From NCBI GenBank assembly GCA_002633005.1, contig NMRA01000269.1:217083-281082 (forward strand): a stretch of DNA of 64,000 nucleotides, written 5' to 3'. The position numbers were made by a program, and so were the translations under genes. This document shows positions 40,501 to 53,189 of this stretch, in pieces. Origin of the DNA: Phoronis australis. Taxonomy: Eukaryota > Animalia > Phoronida. Position 1 is the stretch's first letter. The number at the start of each line of letters is the position of its first letter. The notes beneath the pieces are model-generated. The model did no database searches. It was not told the DNA's origin and saw nothing but the letters and a program-made list of their open reading frames with translations.

Positions 40501-43500
40501 GACCAGAATCAATTTTGCTTTCTTTTTGGTCTAACTCGGAAGTTCTTTTTCAGGTTGACGGTGCAAACAACCCTAAAATTCAGAGCATATTTATGGACAA
40601 TTTTCCGATATTCTGTGCGCGGTTTAACCGTGAAGGGGAGGAAGTTGTCATGGCTTCACGTCACAAAAGTTTCTATTTCTACGACATGATTACTGGCAAA
40701 ATAGTCAACATACCACCAATTAAAGGTACTGTTAAAAGCAAACGGGGTAGTTGAACTAGTGGCACTGGTAGATCAACTTTCTCACAACTGGGAATGTGAG
40801 GTCACCGTAGGGCCCTCTTGAAAAGCAGTGCTATCACTGAAGAGGCCACCCTCATTTTAATTATCACAATAATAAATAAATAAATAAAAATCTGTAAAAT
40901 TAGTTTTATTAGTTTCAACACGTGCGCGAGTTTGTATATTTGTGATTGAATTCAGTAGAATTGTGGACTTTGAAAATTCTTGAATTTTAATTTAGATTGT
41001 TTCGAGTCAATAATTTTAGGTACGCTCTAATTTCTTGTTGAATTTTACTGAAATCATTAAGTGGTTGTAGAAAAGAACATTTAATTTTGTTTTTGAGGGC
41101 AGTCAAACTCTCTCTATAGTGCTGAGTTAGTTGTAACTGATGTGTATTTGGTTTTAGTAATTAAGATATATGCAGTAATGTGATGTTCTTATCTGTGTTT
41201 AAACACGTTTTGTTTATTTGTTTTCCCAAGGTTTAGGCGAAAATTGTCTTCAAAGGTTTGAAGTTTCTCCAGATGGTCAGTTCATAGTCTTCTACGGTTC
41301 CTATGGCAACATGCATCTCGTATCAGCCAAGGTAGTCTTAAATTTTTGTGTTGTTTTTACTTAATGAAATAACGAATACATACTCTAATGGCACGAGTGA
41401 AATTATTGTTTACAATGTTTACACGTTTTGGTGTTCAATTCAACACGTTGTTCACAGTTCTGTTGACACTACTTGGCCTTGTGGACCGTGTCTACTGCAT
41501 GGGACACAGTTCTGCAGTTCATAAGACATGCTGTTGTCAGTTGAGCTGTCAATATGGTGTTGTTTGAACACCAAAACATGTCACTGTTGTAAGTCTGGTC
41601 AGCTTCACGCAGGATTTAGGTTGCTGCTGTGTATGTTTGAAAAGTCAGATGAAACGGTCATGTTTCTATTTTGACTTGCTTCTGTTTTACAATGAATGGG
41701 ATTTTCAATGCTAGATCGTGCTGTAGTGTAACGGCATTATAACATACCTGGTTTGCATGCTTATGACATTCCATTCATGTTGATTTGGTGACAGTAAACT
41801 TGTGTTTCAATAACCATTAGTGTAAAGTCCTGGGGGAGGCTCATTGTTCAGTATCGCACTTCAGACGCAATTGAAATGTTTTAACCAACGCGTCTAAAGA
41901 AGAAATCCCTTGATATCAGCTCGATGCACCGGACAGCGTGGTGAAGACAAATGTTTGCAAACAATCTTTTGTCGGGCATGGCTGGATAAACATTAACCGA
42001 TTTCAAAATACAGTGTGGACAACTCTATAGGACTATAGTGGGAATGTGGAAACAAGTAATAGTTGGTACAGCTATCAACACCATGTTTACGAAAGTTATG
42101 TTAGGTGAGGGGAGGTGTGGGTTAGTTTTGATCTTCAATTTGGGCGTCACACGAAATCACGTTACACATTCGGAGGAAGATAATCTTTTTTACAGAGCAA
42201 AGAATGGATTACAACGTACAAGATGAACGGCTCCGTCCAGTCCATGGCATTTAGTCAAGATGGAAAGAAAATGTATTCGCATGGAGGTAATGTTATACAA
42301 ACTAAATGATGGACCTCTCTGGTTATAATTACACTCGTGCTTAGAGAGACTGGTCAAATTTTATGTACCTTCATACTTTAATTTCTGATCGTAAGCATAG
42401 CCCAAAAATCAGTTTTGCATTATGTCGCGGTTTTCAATCATTCATTTTGCATACATTCACTAGTAAGACCGAGCTCAGAGGAGCAGGAGACACCTTTGTG
42501 CAATGCTCGATTGTGTGCCAGCAAGGCCAGGATTTGAACCCGGGTCTCCCAAACTGGAGTCTGGAGCTCAAACCACTGAGCCATACAATCTCCTTGTTAA
42601 AAGCATACTATGTGTCTATAAGACTGTAATTTTTATCTCTTTATTAGTAACGCTTGAATGAGTGGTCTTCATGAGCCTGACCCTGAATGTCCGTAAATGA
42701 CCATTTTTGTACTTGTCCAACTGACATGCTTCATTATTCTTCAACACTTTCTTTAACTGTACTCATCCAGATTAATGCTCGGAGTACTTCAGTGGGGTTA
42801 CTCAAAAAGTGACAGGGTGCACGGTAAAACGAGTATGGGTGTTTAAAAACAAAATTGGGGGGATGCGTTTAAAAACAAAATTGGTGGATGTGTTTTAAAA
42901 CAAAATTGGGTGGATTTGTTTACAAACAAAATTGGGGGGATGTGTTTAAAAACAAAATCGGGGTTGGGATGTTTGACCGAACAAACAATTTGTGTAAGCA
43001 TGTCAGACTCGCGTGCAGGAACCAAATTAAAATGGTGGGAGAGCAACGATATTTTCTCACATGAATCGGCCATGATGCTCCAGCAATAATGAGTAGTCTG
43101 TTCTTCCCTAGCCCAGAAATCACTCCTGGTCTTACTAAGGAACTGGTTGACATGGGCGGCGCAGCACTGAAAAAAGTGGGGGCTAAAGCCCTCTCAGCCC
43201 CCCTGTGGTGCACTGCTTTTAGACCTTGTGCAGCGTAGCACTGAAAAAAGCTCCCTATGATGCGTCGCCCGTGGTTGAGACATTTTAGTGCAACTGGCGA
43301 CCTAAATCAAAAACTTGTGTTTTGACAGAAGCTGGGTGCGCAGTAACTTTAAGATAACAACTCGATGGTAGTTATCTTGCAGCCTCTGGTTCTGTACGTC
43401 ATTGTACTGTTTATGTGTTTTAGACGACTCTGAGGTGTACATCTGGGACATGTCTACACGAGACTGCATTCACAGGTTTACCGATGATGGTTGTCTCAAG

Positions 43501-46500
43501 GGTACCAGCGTTACAGTGTCACACAATGGGCGATATCTTGCTTGTGGGTCAGTAAATCTTGCCATGTTTTAGCAATTCACAGTCAAAGCCGTACCCACGA
43601 CTTGCACCTTTCACATTTATGATGAGCAAAAATGCTGAACGGACTTTCTTATTGCAATTTTGCCTGTTTGAATCTAGTTCACAACCAGCAGTGTCTACTT
43701 CCTGTGCCATCTTTTATAGTGAAACACATGCCCCCGAAGTCTTGCTAATTTAAACGCATGTAGTAAAAAAAAAACTAGAAGCTATAAGCAGGCAATTGCA
43801 AAATTTCTACTTTGGCAGATTTTGGTAGTTTTAAAGTAAAGCTGTTTTACCCCCTAGGAATTATTCCCATTTCTTTACCTGAGTTGATGCTTGTCATGAT
43901 ATTAAAGTGACACCTAGTGCCATAGTGTCGAGTCATATTGAATTTTGAGTGTCAATCTTGGGCCAAGACTTTTGTGGAAGAAGAGCATTGCCTCTTAAGG
44001 CTTGCAGACTTTTTGAAGCTGTAAGCCATACATTTTCACTGAGATTTTGTTTTGGGTTTTTTAATTAACTTCGGAACCTCAAGTTTTGTACCTTTATAAA
44101 ATGAATTGGTGTGCTTGGTGTAAAGTTATTCCCAATTGTGAGCAAAAAAAATTGCATGTTGAATGTTTTTGCAGGTCATATAGCGGTGTGGTCAACATCT
44201 ATGACACCTCAACTCTCACGGTGCGTGCTCCAAAACCTCTGAAGTCGCTGATGAACCTTACGACGCCTTGTACAGCAGCAAAGTTCAACTCTACTTCAGA
44301 AATCTTGGCCATCGCGTCCGATTATGCAGAGAGAGCAGTTAAACTGGTAAGAAAATGTTACTGGTATGTATGTATGTGTGTAATCCGGACTTTACTCCTC
44401 CAGAAAACGTCATAATAGTCAGAAACCAGTATAGTTTGGTAGCAGCCCTTCAGTAACACAAACTTGGTTGAAGACATGACAGTACTTTTTGTTTGACAGC
44501 TTAATACATTTTTGCTCGTAGTCTCTTAAACGATCTCCTAGCTTCAGGCGTGCAGCTACGTAGCAAAATACCGAGACATGACAGACAAACAAATTAAAAC
44601 ACTAATTATATTTCAAGATTACGTGTCTCATCATCAGGCAGTAAGTGGAAGGAATCTATATGAAGTGAAATAAACAGTGAAATAAATGGTGGCAGCAGGT
44701 AGAGGGGCACACAAGCTGAGAGTGTGAGTGCATCTCGGTGTTTTGGCACATAGCTGCACGCCTGAAGATAGGAGGTTGCTTAGAGCAGGGCTTGGAATTT
44801 TCCGCGGAAACGCGGATTTCCGCTTTTTCAAATGTGCTTTCCGCTTTTTTTATAATATTTCCGCGTAAAAAAATCGGATTTGATATAAAATTTCCGCGGC
44901 AAATTCCTTTCTTACCGTGGCGTTGCAGACGACGTTCACCTCGAAAAGCGGAAGTTGCTCTTTATGTTTCGGAGGAACGTAAATTGTCAACATTGCCGGG
45001 GCATCTGGGACAGCGTGGTGGGAGATATTCAATGGCGTCTCGTGTTATTGTTAAGCGCGGCGACAAATACTACCGCTCTGCAGCCAAAAATGTGTGGGTT
45101 GGGAGTGGACGGGCGAGCTGAAAGGACGCAAATGCATGCTACTGATGGTGGTAATGTTTTTTTTTTTTTAGTGTCCCCCCAATTTTTGTGGGGAAAGGTT
45201 CACACTGACCATTTCAAGGCTGGTTATCGGGCAGGATTTGGGCCGTAAAAGTTTCAAAGTTTCCGCGTTTTTTGTCATTGGTCATTCCAAGCCCTGTTAG
45301 AGACTACGACGGAGTATCTGTTAAGCTGTGAAACAAAAAGGGCTGTCATGTCTTCAAACAAATTGTCAGAAAGTAAATGCTTATATTTAAAGGTAATCAT
45401 TAAGTTATTCAGTAAAATCTCCTTTTAGTCGGATCTTACTTGTCCGAGAAATTTTAAGTGAATTAGCTAATGTCTGATTTTAATATCTGAAAGGTCATAC
45501 AGCAGAATTTTGTTTTTGAGTTGAGGTTACGTAAGGCAAATATGTAGAAAACTATAGATTTTAACTCGGTAACAGTATTCATTTTCTGAAAATAGAAAAT
45601 CTCTGGAATTCGATTCGTGACTTTTTACCTATGTTATTAATTTGGTCACATGACCATGTTTTAGTAATTTTTTTGCAAGAAAGAAAGGAACATCCATAGT
45701 ATAACAATGGTATAAATAGCATGACCAAATTTTGTTTGATACGAATGTTAGGGATGAAATCTCAAAAATACTGTTTTCACAGTTGTTTTTGTCTTACGCA
45801 ATTTTTTCATGAAAATCGTGCGAGTCCTATTTTCTGATAATCACTCTTGCCAAAATGGAACATATCAGAAAAAAAATTCTAACGGTGTTTTAGAGAAAAA
45901 TATATGAAGCGTAGTGTTCTGAAATTTTAATGTGAATCGGATCTGCTATTTCCGAGTTATGATGTTCCAAAGGTATCCAAATTTGTATATTTTCTTAGGG
46001 TCCTACATAACCTTGTGCACAGATCAAACTTAATTAAGTGTATTCAGCTTTCTGTGTGTTGGTACACAGACAGAGCTTGAGACTGTATAAGCTGTAAGCA
46101 GACAGGTTTGGTGTGTCTTCAACCAATCTCGTGTTAATAAACTCTCTTGACCATTCCTAGGTTCATTTTCCTTCCATGACGGTCTTTGCTAACTTTCCCG
46201 ACAAAACGGATAACCTGCGCATTCCACTTTGCCTCGACTTTTCTCTCAATAGTGGTTACTTCAGTATTGGCAACAACAAAGGGCAAGCTCTGTTGTACAG
46301 GTGAGGTCGTCTCTCGTTAGTTTTGCTTTAAATTGGCTGAATTCTTGACTTTCATCCGTTTTTATTGGGTTTGGAATCGAGTCTAGACTCGTTTCCATAA
46401 AGTTTTGTTTTTTTTTTCCAAAACAAGGTCATAAGCATTTGATTACCAATATTTCAGACTTTTCGGGAGACACTGGTTAATTTTTGTGATTGTTGCTAGG

Positions 46501-47058
46501 GAATGCAAGGACATGTAACTTTGGGGATTTTTTGTTCCCAAATGAAAGGTCATGATTCGTTTTGATATATAATGTACAGGTATTTGATTTTTGACCGTTT
46601 TATCCACCAAACTCGGGTCCAGCAACTTGAATGTCACACCTGGCTCATGGGTTAAGTTCATCAGTTGAGGATACTAGGTGGAACAGAAGTGGAATTTTAT
46701 TCTGACAATAAGTTTAAACTAAATTTTAAATTTTTTTCTGTACTTTATTCAAGCGTGGTTTGTACTGCAACAGCTGTTGGCAAACAATATTTGGTGAAAA
46801 TACAACTGCACGGGTTTTTGTAGCAATTTAATGAGTTTTTGAGAAATGGATGTAGAGTTATTCACATCTATGTTCTGTACGATAAGTACAGACAGAAAAT
46901 ATTTTGAAAAATAGTGGCTATTCACAACAGAAAGATGAAAAAATGCAGTTTTGCCGATTATTTTGTCTTAAGTTGATGAGATATTACTGTAATGTTATAT
47001 GGTGCAAGACGCAAGACTTCAATTCTTTTTCAGACTAAAACACTATGGAAACTACTGA
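34362..47058 (+). CDS. UTP18: U3 snoRNA-associated protein 18 homolog (WD40), 485 aa; exons 34362-34568, 35356-35423, 36077-36163, 37119-37180, 37989-38113, 38942-39025 (allelic duplicate 39793-39876), 40554-40725, 41231-41331, 42196-42286, 43424-43547, 44175-44346, 46161-46300, 47034-47058
   Basis: Motifs [126 protein letters not shown]; all 12 introns GT-AG with consistent phase; total 1458 nt. Confidence 0.95.
34855..35090 (+). mobile_element. Degenerate LINE (CR1/L2-group) ORF2 C-terminal fragment in UTP18 intron 1
   Basis: Broken frames read GFL.RRNIRN...[28 protein letters not shown]...EMVQ...[10 protein letters not shown], resembling the LGFLRRN...YK.LVRP.LEY.S.VWDPY....I..LE.VQ consensus. 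Confidence 0.65.
35356..35423 (+). CDS. UTP18: UTP18 exon 2
   Basis: tacag|AAT; [10 protein letters not shown]; AC|gtaaga. Confidence 0.9.
35429..35872 (+). repeat. 37-bp minisatellite, about 12 copies
   Basis: Unit agccttgtgctgcagttatagtctgttgagtcaaaac repeated head to tail. Confidence 0.95.
36077..36163 (+). CDS. UTP18: UTP18 exon 3
   Basis: ttccag|A; [12 protein letters not shown]; GA|gtgagt. Confidence 0.88.
   Translation, partial: SKGEGQTCGAAKTWQEDVWSEVYTATAQ
37119..37180 (+). CDS. UTP18: UTP18 exon 4
   Basis: tacag|G; [11 protein letters not shown]; G|gtacgt. Confidence 0.9.
37989..38113 (+). CDS. UTP18: UTP18 exon 5
   Basis: ttgtag|GC; [10 protein letters not shown]...LP...DINK; AAG|gtaaca. 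Confidence 0.9.
38655..38875 (-). mobile_element. Probable LINE/SINE 3' end with (AATC)n tail
   Basis: Minus strand ggaccacagtggaaataag...aaatcaatcaatcaatcaatcaaac. Confidence 0.5.
38942..39025 (+). CDS. UTP18: UTP18 exon 6 (second copy at 39793-39876, probably the other allele)
   Basis: tttcag|GGA; [28 protein letters not shown]|gtatac. Confidence 0.9.
40554..40725 (+). CDS. UTP18: UTP18 exon 7
   Basis: tttcag|GTT GAC; [13 protein letters not shown]...FYFYDM; G|gtactg. Confidence 0.93.
40810..40890 (+). mobile_element. Probable LINE/SINE 3' end with (AATA)n tail
   Basis: ggccctcttgaaaagcagtg...cactgaagaggccaccc stem-loop followed by aataaataaataaataaaaa. Confidence 0.5.
41231..41331 (+). 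CDS. UTP18: UTP18 exon 8
   Basis: cccaag|GT; [10 protein letters not shown]...GNMHLVSAK|gtagtc. Confidence 0.92.
42196..42286 (+). CDS. UTP18: UTP18 exon 9
   Basis: ttacag|AGC; [14 protein letters not shown]...FSQDG; G|gtaatg. Confidence 0.93.
42435..42593 (-). mobile_element. tRNA-derived SINE
   Basis: Minus strand ggagattgtaTGGCTCAGTGGtttg (A box)...cccgGGTTCAAATCCtgg (B box) then non-tRNA body and TGAA-type tail; no intact cloverleaf. Confidence 0.7.
42841..42975 (+). repeat. About 26-bp tandem repeat, 5 copies
   Basis: gtttaaaaacaaaattggggggatg units. Confidence 0.85.
43424..43547 (+). CDS. UTP18: UTP18 exon 10
   Basis: ttttag|AC; EVYIWDM...[13 protein letters not shown]...YLACG; GG|gtcagt. 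Confidence 0.93.
44175..44346 (+). CDS. UTP18: UTP18 exon 11
   Basis: ttgcag|G; SGVVNIYD...[12 protein letters not shown]...VKL|gtaaga. Confidence 0.93.
44467..45360. mobile_element. MITE with about 60-bp inverted arms, interrupted by a nested element
   Basis: 44467-44526 is similar to the reverse complement of 45299-45360. Confidence 0.7.
44786..45296. mobile_element. Nested non-autonomous DNA transposon, 13-bp TIR CAGGGCTTGGAAT, 6-bp TSD TTAGAG
   Basis: Perfect TIRs; ttagag at 44780-44785 and 45297-45302; a matching right end also at 48162-48188. Confidence 0.82.
46161..46300 (+). CDS. UTP18: UTP18 exon 12
   Basis: tcctag|GTT; [13 protein letters not shown]...[16 protein letters not shown]; AG|gtgagg. 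Confidence 0.93.
47034..47058 (+). CDS. UTP18: UTP18 exon 13 (terminal)
   Basis: tttcag|A; (R)LKHYGNY TGA; AATAAA at 47395-47400. Confidence 0.88.
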
Positions 47059-49071
47059 GCGAATGTCTGGCTGCTGAGCTCTCCAACGACGTTCTGGGAA
47101 ATGAAACCAAGAGGACTGTTGTTGTGAAACATAAAGTGGTGGTTTGGTACTTGGATAAGGGTGGTCTCGTCCTAAATGTAAATGTTTGTCTTCATTCTAC
47201 AAAGTGGCTGGAAACCAGCCTTCCTTTCAAAGATTAATTTTTGATTTAGACCACTTGCCGTTATGAAATTGGTATCAATTTTTTCCTCAGTCAAGTGCAA
47301 AAGGGACTATATTTTGTTATTGTTGTTTGTTAGGCCCAATAGAGTTGGGTTGTCACAGGGGGTTATCTATGCACTGAGCATAGTTTTGACCAATAATAAA
47401 CTATCATTTATAAGTTCAGAAACTGTTTCACATCTGGTTTTGGAACAAGTCAAGATCAGTTTCACAGTGTCAAGTGGTCCAAATCAAAGGTAGGTTTTGT
47501 AACAGAATGGAATTTTAGGCCAAACAAAATAGCGTAATTGGTTCTGGTCTGTGCCTCTATTAACTGATGTGGTGACACGGTATTTTTTGTGAATAACCTG
47601 GTTCCAGATGACGTGGAATGATTTCCTTCTGTTTTGCCTCGCTGGGTCTATCTGCTATAATTGTTGTGAGGCGCAAACTTTAAAATGAGTCGGGTGCCAA
47701 TCGGAACCAAATGTGCTATTTTCGGCCTTATAGGCACTATAACTGTTGAAATTAAATTGCAATAAATTATGTTATACCAAGACAATATTTATTTTTACTT
47801 TTTACTTCTAAGTTAAAAAAAGAAATCAATCTTTGTTTGAAGGTTTAATTACACAAAAACAGCTGTGCAGGTATAAAAAGTTGGCAACTAGTGTCTGTAT
47901 ACAGGTCTTTCTCACTAACATCCACCAGGAAGTTGCAGATACAATTCTTGGAATTTTCCTCTTTTAAGAAGATTTCCTCTTTTTTGGTTTCGATTTCCTC
48001 TTATCTGATTTCCAGTTTCCTCTTTTCTTGTCTCTTTTTTATCATTATTTTGACTTTATTCTTGCAAAAACGTTTATTTCACTTAAACTTTAAAACACAA
48101 AAATATTTCTATCACACAATCCTATTGTGGAACGATACATCACCTGTAAAATTTTGCTCTCTTTTGTCATTGGTCATTCCAAGCCCTGACCCATCTTTTT
48201 TTGGGAGACCTTTTGATTTATGTGATAAACCTTTGACTTTGTGGCAGTAACTCCTGAAGGGGGCTCTGGCTTCTTCATAAAAAGTGATGAAGACGATAAG
48301 GTATACAAATTTCTTATCTGGGTTAGGTTGTTAACTGATTTGAAAACCCAAATCCAAATAGAAAACAGTCTACTGCTGCAATGCAGGATGTCTCTAAAAA
48401 GACATTTTTATTAACACCCGAGAATGGGGTGTATCCGTTGGAGAAGGGGTCATTTTAAGAAAATGTGTGTTCAGGAAGGGATTTTTCTTGCCAGTTTGAA
48501 GAGACTTGGCAGGTTAGTATAGCGCGATGATTTCCCCAACTGAGTGAGCAGCTGACCACACGCACCCAGCAAAATGGCCGCCACTGTGATTAGGTTCCTG
48601 TTTGGAGTGTTGCATTATGGGATTAAAGAGCAGTGAACACCCTAAGCGGTCATCATTTCTGTTGTATGTAAGACTTCGATGAAATACCTTTTCTGTCGCG
48701 GGAAGTATTGGTGATACTAAAGACATCTCAATAACTTTCATGACAGCCCTCTCATTTTCCAATACCAGGTGAACTGAATCTTATTAAGCATTTTTGCCAA
48801 CAGAAGAAGGTGTCTCAAGATTCCACCAGATCACTCTTGTATTAGAGTGTCAGTTTTTAGTCTTATCACAGCGCATACAGTTTCAGGAATACACATCGGC
48901 TTGTAGAATGACTATATCCATGTATTCTCTGTATTTCCGTAAAAATACTGTTTACTCCATAGGGTATTCATTTGGTCTTAAAACTATTCGCAATTAGTTT
49001 TCCATAGGAACTATAATATACACGATCATTCAGCATTAATACACAGGTCTCATTCAAGCTTAGACCATTTC

Positions 49072-49204
49072 TTTCCAATGTGGAAAGGAGGGATTTATGT
49101 TCCAACCTGTCAATGGTTGGGATTTCTTTCGTAGACTATTTTTTCCAATGTGGAAATGAGGGATTTATGTGCCAACCTGTCAATAGTTGGGATTTCTTTC
49201 GTAG
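49072..49204. repeat. 70-bp tandem duplication spanning the sulfotransferase stop codon
   Basis: 49072-49134 and 49142-49204 are near-identical. Confidence 0.9.
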
Positions 49205-50958
49205 CCAAATATTGCGAAGTCCTTTTCGTAAACATGGTATAACCTATTCATGTCGTCCTTGCTGACATTTTCGTAATACTTCTCAAATAAATCATGCGTT
49301 CGTTTAGACTTTTCGGATTTCGGAAAGTCTAAGTTGGCTTTCCCTTTGGTAAGGATGTAGTCTGCATCCAAGTCGATTGTTTCAAAGTTTCCAATGACGT
49401 CATATGGAATGGAACACGGCCGACAGATGTCAGTAACAGGCCTCCAGTGGGAATTTAAAGCGTTAGTGCCGTTTGCGTGATAAGTATCAATTATATATTT
49501 AACAAATTCTTCAAAAGTAACGTCGTCGCCATTGAGGAGAGATTCTGCAGATGGATTAGTCCTGTAGCGCCGAATTATTTCCGTACCGTAGGTTTTATGA
49601 AAGAATTCCTTATCTGGTGAATGACGTTTCATTTTATTCCTGTACGCCGAGAGCACGCGCTCAAAGGGATGTCGACTGAACATAAATTTTATGTAGTGTT
49701 TAAATCTGTCCTTTGCATCCGAAAGTTCTAGATGCTTTAATTCGGGTAGAGTACTTGCTAAGGAGGAACTGTATTTCTCGACCTGAGGCTCAGTCGTTGG
49801 GTCAACTTTGCCCGTTAGCATTAAGAATACTATTTTCCAAATGGAGGAAGCCACTTTTGGTACAGGACAGTACAACAGTCCGTGACTCTCGTCCATTCGT
49901 AGTGCCTCGAACACGTATCGCGTCTCATCAGCGGTGTCGGTGGAGAACCGCGCGCAGGCAGTCCTCGCAACGCGTTTTCTGTGTTCCTGAATTTTTTCCC
50001 ATGCTTCAAACTGTGTTCTTGGAATCTGAAAATAATTTTTAACTATTTTAAAATACGGTATGTTTGAAAAACGTAACTACACTGTATATGCAACGCAAGA
50101 GAATATGCAGATTTTGGCATCTCTATGAAATTCTCCTAACTGTCCCAAATAGGCCTACACGTACAAGGAGTCGAACTGTCAATAAAACCAAACTATAAGA
50201 ACGCATCTGGAGTCGACAACATTTTGTATTTTTTTGCGTTTCGTATCAAATCAGGACAGGCGTGATCGTGACTTTCTGAGGATAATTAGCGATTTGACAA
50301 CTACAGAAAGCCCTGGTGATGGAGATGTATACTAACGATGACAAATGTGGTGGTGGTAACAAAACTATTCTTGCGAGCTAAGTTCGATTCTCGGCTAGTT
50401 AAAACGGCTATCACACCCGCGTTCGATGAGAAATGTCTTAACTGAGATTTTTTCCTTTATGAAACTGGTCTCAACTTAATTCCATTGCTCTGCTAATTAT
50501 TTGGATGAAGTCATCTGGGAATTATGGACAAAATAAGATAGCACCGTCACTACACGAGCTTTCATTGGTCTTACACGCCCATTCGGAACATTTCGAGTAT
50601 TTTCGTAACCTCAAATTCATACTTCAGAACGTTTATCTATCTGCGCTTGTGGGGACTTCTGTCATAGGGCTAGTCACGTTTCTTTCAAGCTGGAAAATGA
50701 TTGCGTGCATGACTAAAATTCGCAATTCCTCAAATAACCGTCACGTCCGATGAAAAGTTTGAGGATACGAAAATACTTCCAAGTGTCCCGGGCGGAATTT
50801 GAGGCAATAAAAATACCCGAGGTGTTTCGGATGCGTACCGTGTCGAAGATGGACGTTTGCCTATTGGAAAAGAGAGCGATTTGTGAAACCAGCAACACGA
50901 CGACAGAGGAAGCAAAGACAGCAATCAGGACCACGTGCTTCTTTGAGATACCCCTCAT
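49180..50958 (-). CDS. Carbohydrate sulfotransferase, HNK-1ST/CHST8-14 family (CHST11-like), type II Golgi membrane protein, about 321 aa; exons 50958-50839 and 50025-49180
   Basis: 5'-PSB motif LYCPVPKVASSIWK, 3'-PB motif FSRHPFERVLSAYRNK, HWRP...CRPC...YDVIGNFET, YEKDFAIFGY; N-terminal MRGISKKH + hydrophobic VVLIAVFASSVVVLLVSQIALF; ACG|gtacgc donor and ttttcag acceptor both phase 0. Confidence 0.9.
50839..50958 (-). CDS. Sulfotransferase first coding exon (cytoplasmic tail + signal anchor)
   Basis: ATG preceded by tttccag acceptor 3 nt upstream (implies an upstream non-coding exon); hydrophobic stretch; phase-0 donor inferred. Confidence 0.7.
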
Positions 50959-51562
50959 CACCTGGAAATGGAAAAAGAAAATTTTGATTAAAAGAGATAC
51001 AAAATAGCTACTGACCGCAGTTAGAACATTAGGTTTTTCCAGCTAAATGAGGCTCTGCAACCCTCCTGAACCCAAGAAAATATGGAGCTAAGACCCAATC
51101 AACACTGGGTCCTAGTATGGAGTACATCTGAAAATTCAGTGCGAAGTTTTCTTCACCAACAAACGTTAGTCTCGCGTCGTGCGAGTTAAGTAAAAGTGTT
51201 TTAGCCGGGAACGTAGCGATTCTAGGGATATTACTAGTAATGGGGCAATGATCAATAGTAAAATATAATCGATTGTGACCAAAAGTCGAGCGCTCGATCT
51301 TAATTTTAATAAACGCGATTAACCGAATGCGCAATCTCCGTAAATGGGCGAATTTATGTTAAGGTAGTTTTAGTGCTGTTCTTGCGTTGACCACAAACAT
51401 TAATGGACCAATTTCCAATGTAATTTTGACATTAAAAGTATAGTTAGTGTTTCTGTACAATTAAATTATCACTACGCACTCTTGGTTATTTTTACCAACT
51501 CGCAGATGAACTTTATGTTGTTTTGGTCTGGTGGTCCACACGGGAGCCCGGGGGGGTGGCAG

Positions 51563-51718
51563 CAAGGGCGGATCCAGGATTTTGAGTTGGGGGGCCCAGA
51601 TCAGAGTATTAGCCAGGATTTTGGCCGTCAGACATTCGCACCCCCGAACTTCCAAATGGAATCTGGGAGAATTTTAGGGGGGCCATGACCTCCTTGTCCC
51701 CCTCTAAATCCGCCACTG
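51563..51718. mobile_element. Short non-autonomous DNA transposon, copy 2, with 5-bp flanking direct repeat GGCAG
   Basis: caagggcggatcc...aaatccgccactg, internal sequence matches 4571-4723; ggcag on both sides. Confidence 0.75.
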
Positions 51719-53189
51719 GGCAGTCATTTTTGGGGGTAGTTGTGTATAGCTGGGCTTCCAAATCGAGCCATATTTACTACATGTACGTGTCCAATATTGA
51801 AAAACGAGATTTTAATTTGTTATTTCGTTCGCGTTTAACGCAGCGTTTATTTTTTTTCTCGCAAAAATCCCAAAAGTTTTAAGAGCAAAAAAGAAATAAT
51901 ATCCATTTTGTGGGTGTGGCTAATAGCGGTGTTTAAGCTGCTTTGTTGACTCTCATTGGTGCCTTCACAAACACGTGTTTATCTCACGCCAGATCGTAAC
52001 CAATCGCAAGCATCCGTAAATAACTCGTCACAAAGCGCAACAACTTGCAAACATCCGTACCGCAGCGATCGACAACGGATTGATTTGTTCGTATAGATAA
52101 AAAGCAAATATCGCAAACCGCTCACAACAACACGTGGCCATTCGAAAAATGTTCGTAAAAATCCGTAAATGACTCCTAACGATTTGTTTAGGGACTATTC
52201 ACGTAACGAACCTTACTGAGTATTCGTAACTTGCATGCATAGCTATACGTAAAATCATCTCAAACAGATTTTTTTTGTTTTGTTTTATTCTCCCAACTTT
52301 TTATTCAACGTAATAAGTACGGTACAGTTCTTACAATTACAGTGTCCTCACGATAGTTCATACAATATTATTTTTTTGTTTTAGTCAAGAAACAGTTAAG
52401 GTCAAGTTATGTATAGTGCTAATATAAACAAAGGTAATTTAAACGTTAAACAAGTAGATTCTACGAGTCATTCGTAGTAAACAAAAAAGGTCAAGACCTC
52501 GTCAGCGTTCTATAAATTCATCGTATTTTATGTTGTTTCTGTATATGTATGTTTCAGTGGAAATGTACAGTGCAACTTCCTTTTGAGACAGTGCAAGGCA
52601 GGGTGTTTTGCACTCCAACCATTGCTTATAAATATGGTACCTGCCAAGACAAAGGACCACACTGTGTAAAATCGCTTCTACGTGAACACCAAATAGAATT
52701 GGTTGTAAGGACAACTCTAAACTATGTCCGACACATCTAAGAGCCAATTATCAACATTAGTCTAAAACTGTTGGGCAACGTTACAAGACCAGTACACATG
52801 GACAATCGATTCACTTTCGTCTAAGCCAAATGTGCACAATGAGCTATCGAATAAGACAATTGTGTAAAAATTCATTACGGCCAATAATTCTGTGAACCAG
52901 CTTGAAACAGATCTTACTTAACACGAAAAGCGTCGACGAACCCTGTAGAATCCGTAAAAAGGTCCTAAATTAAAGGTAAGATTATATTAGTTACCGGCAT
53001 CAACTCGTAAGAAATTGTGAAATCTAAACATATAAATCGTGAAATGTTGCTGTAAATACTCCGTCGTTCGAAATGCAATGCCTTGCTGTGCAAAATCAAT
53101 AACTCTCAATTATTAAAGACAGTTTCTTCCTGTTTCTCTCAAAGGGTTTCTTTGCAAGGGAACTAACTCCGGAATTTCAAACTTTTGGA

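Noticed and set aside
42510-42593. tRNA gene
   Set aside because: A and B boxes present but no intact acceptor/anticodon stems; continues into SINE-like body.
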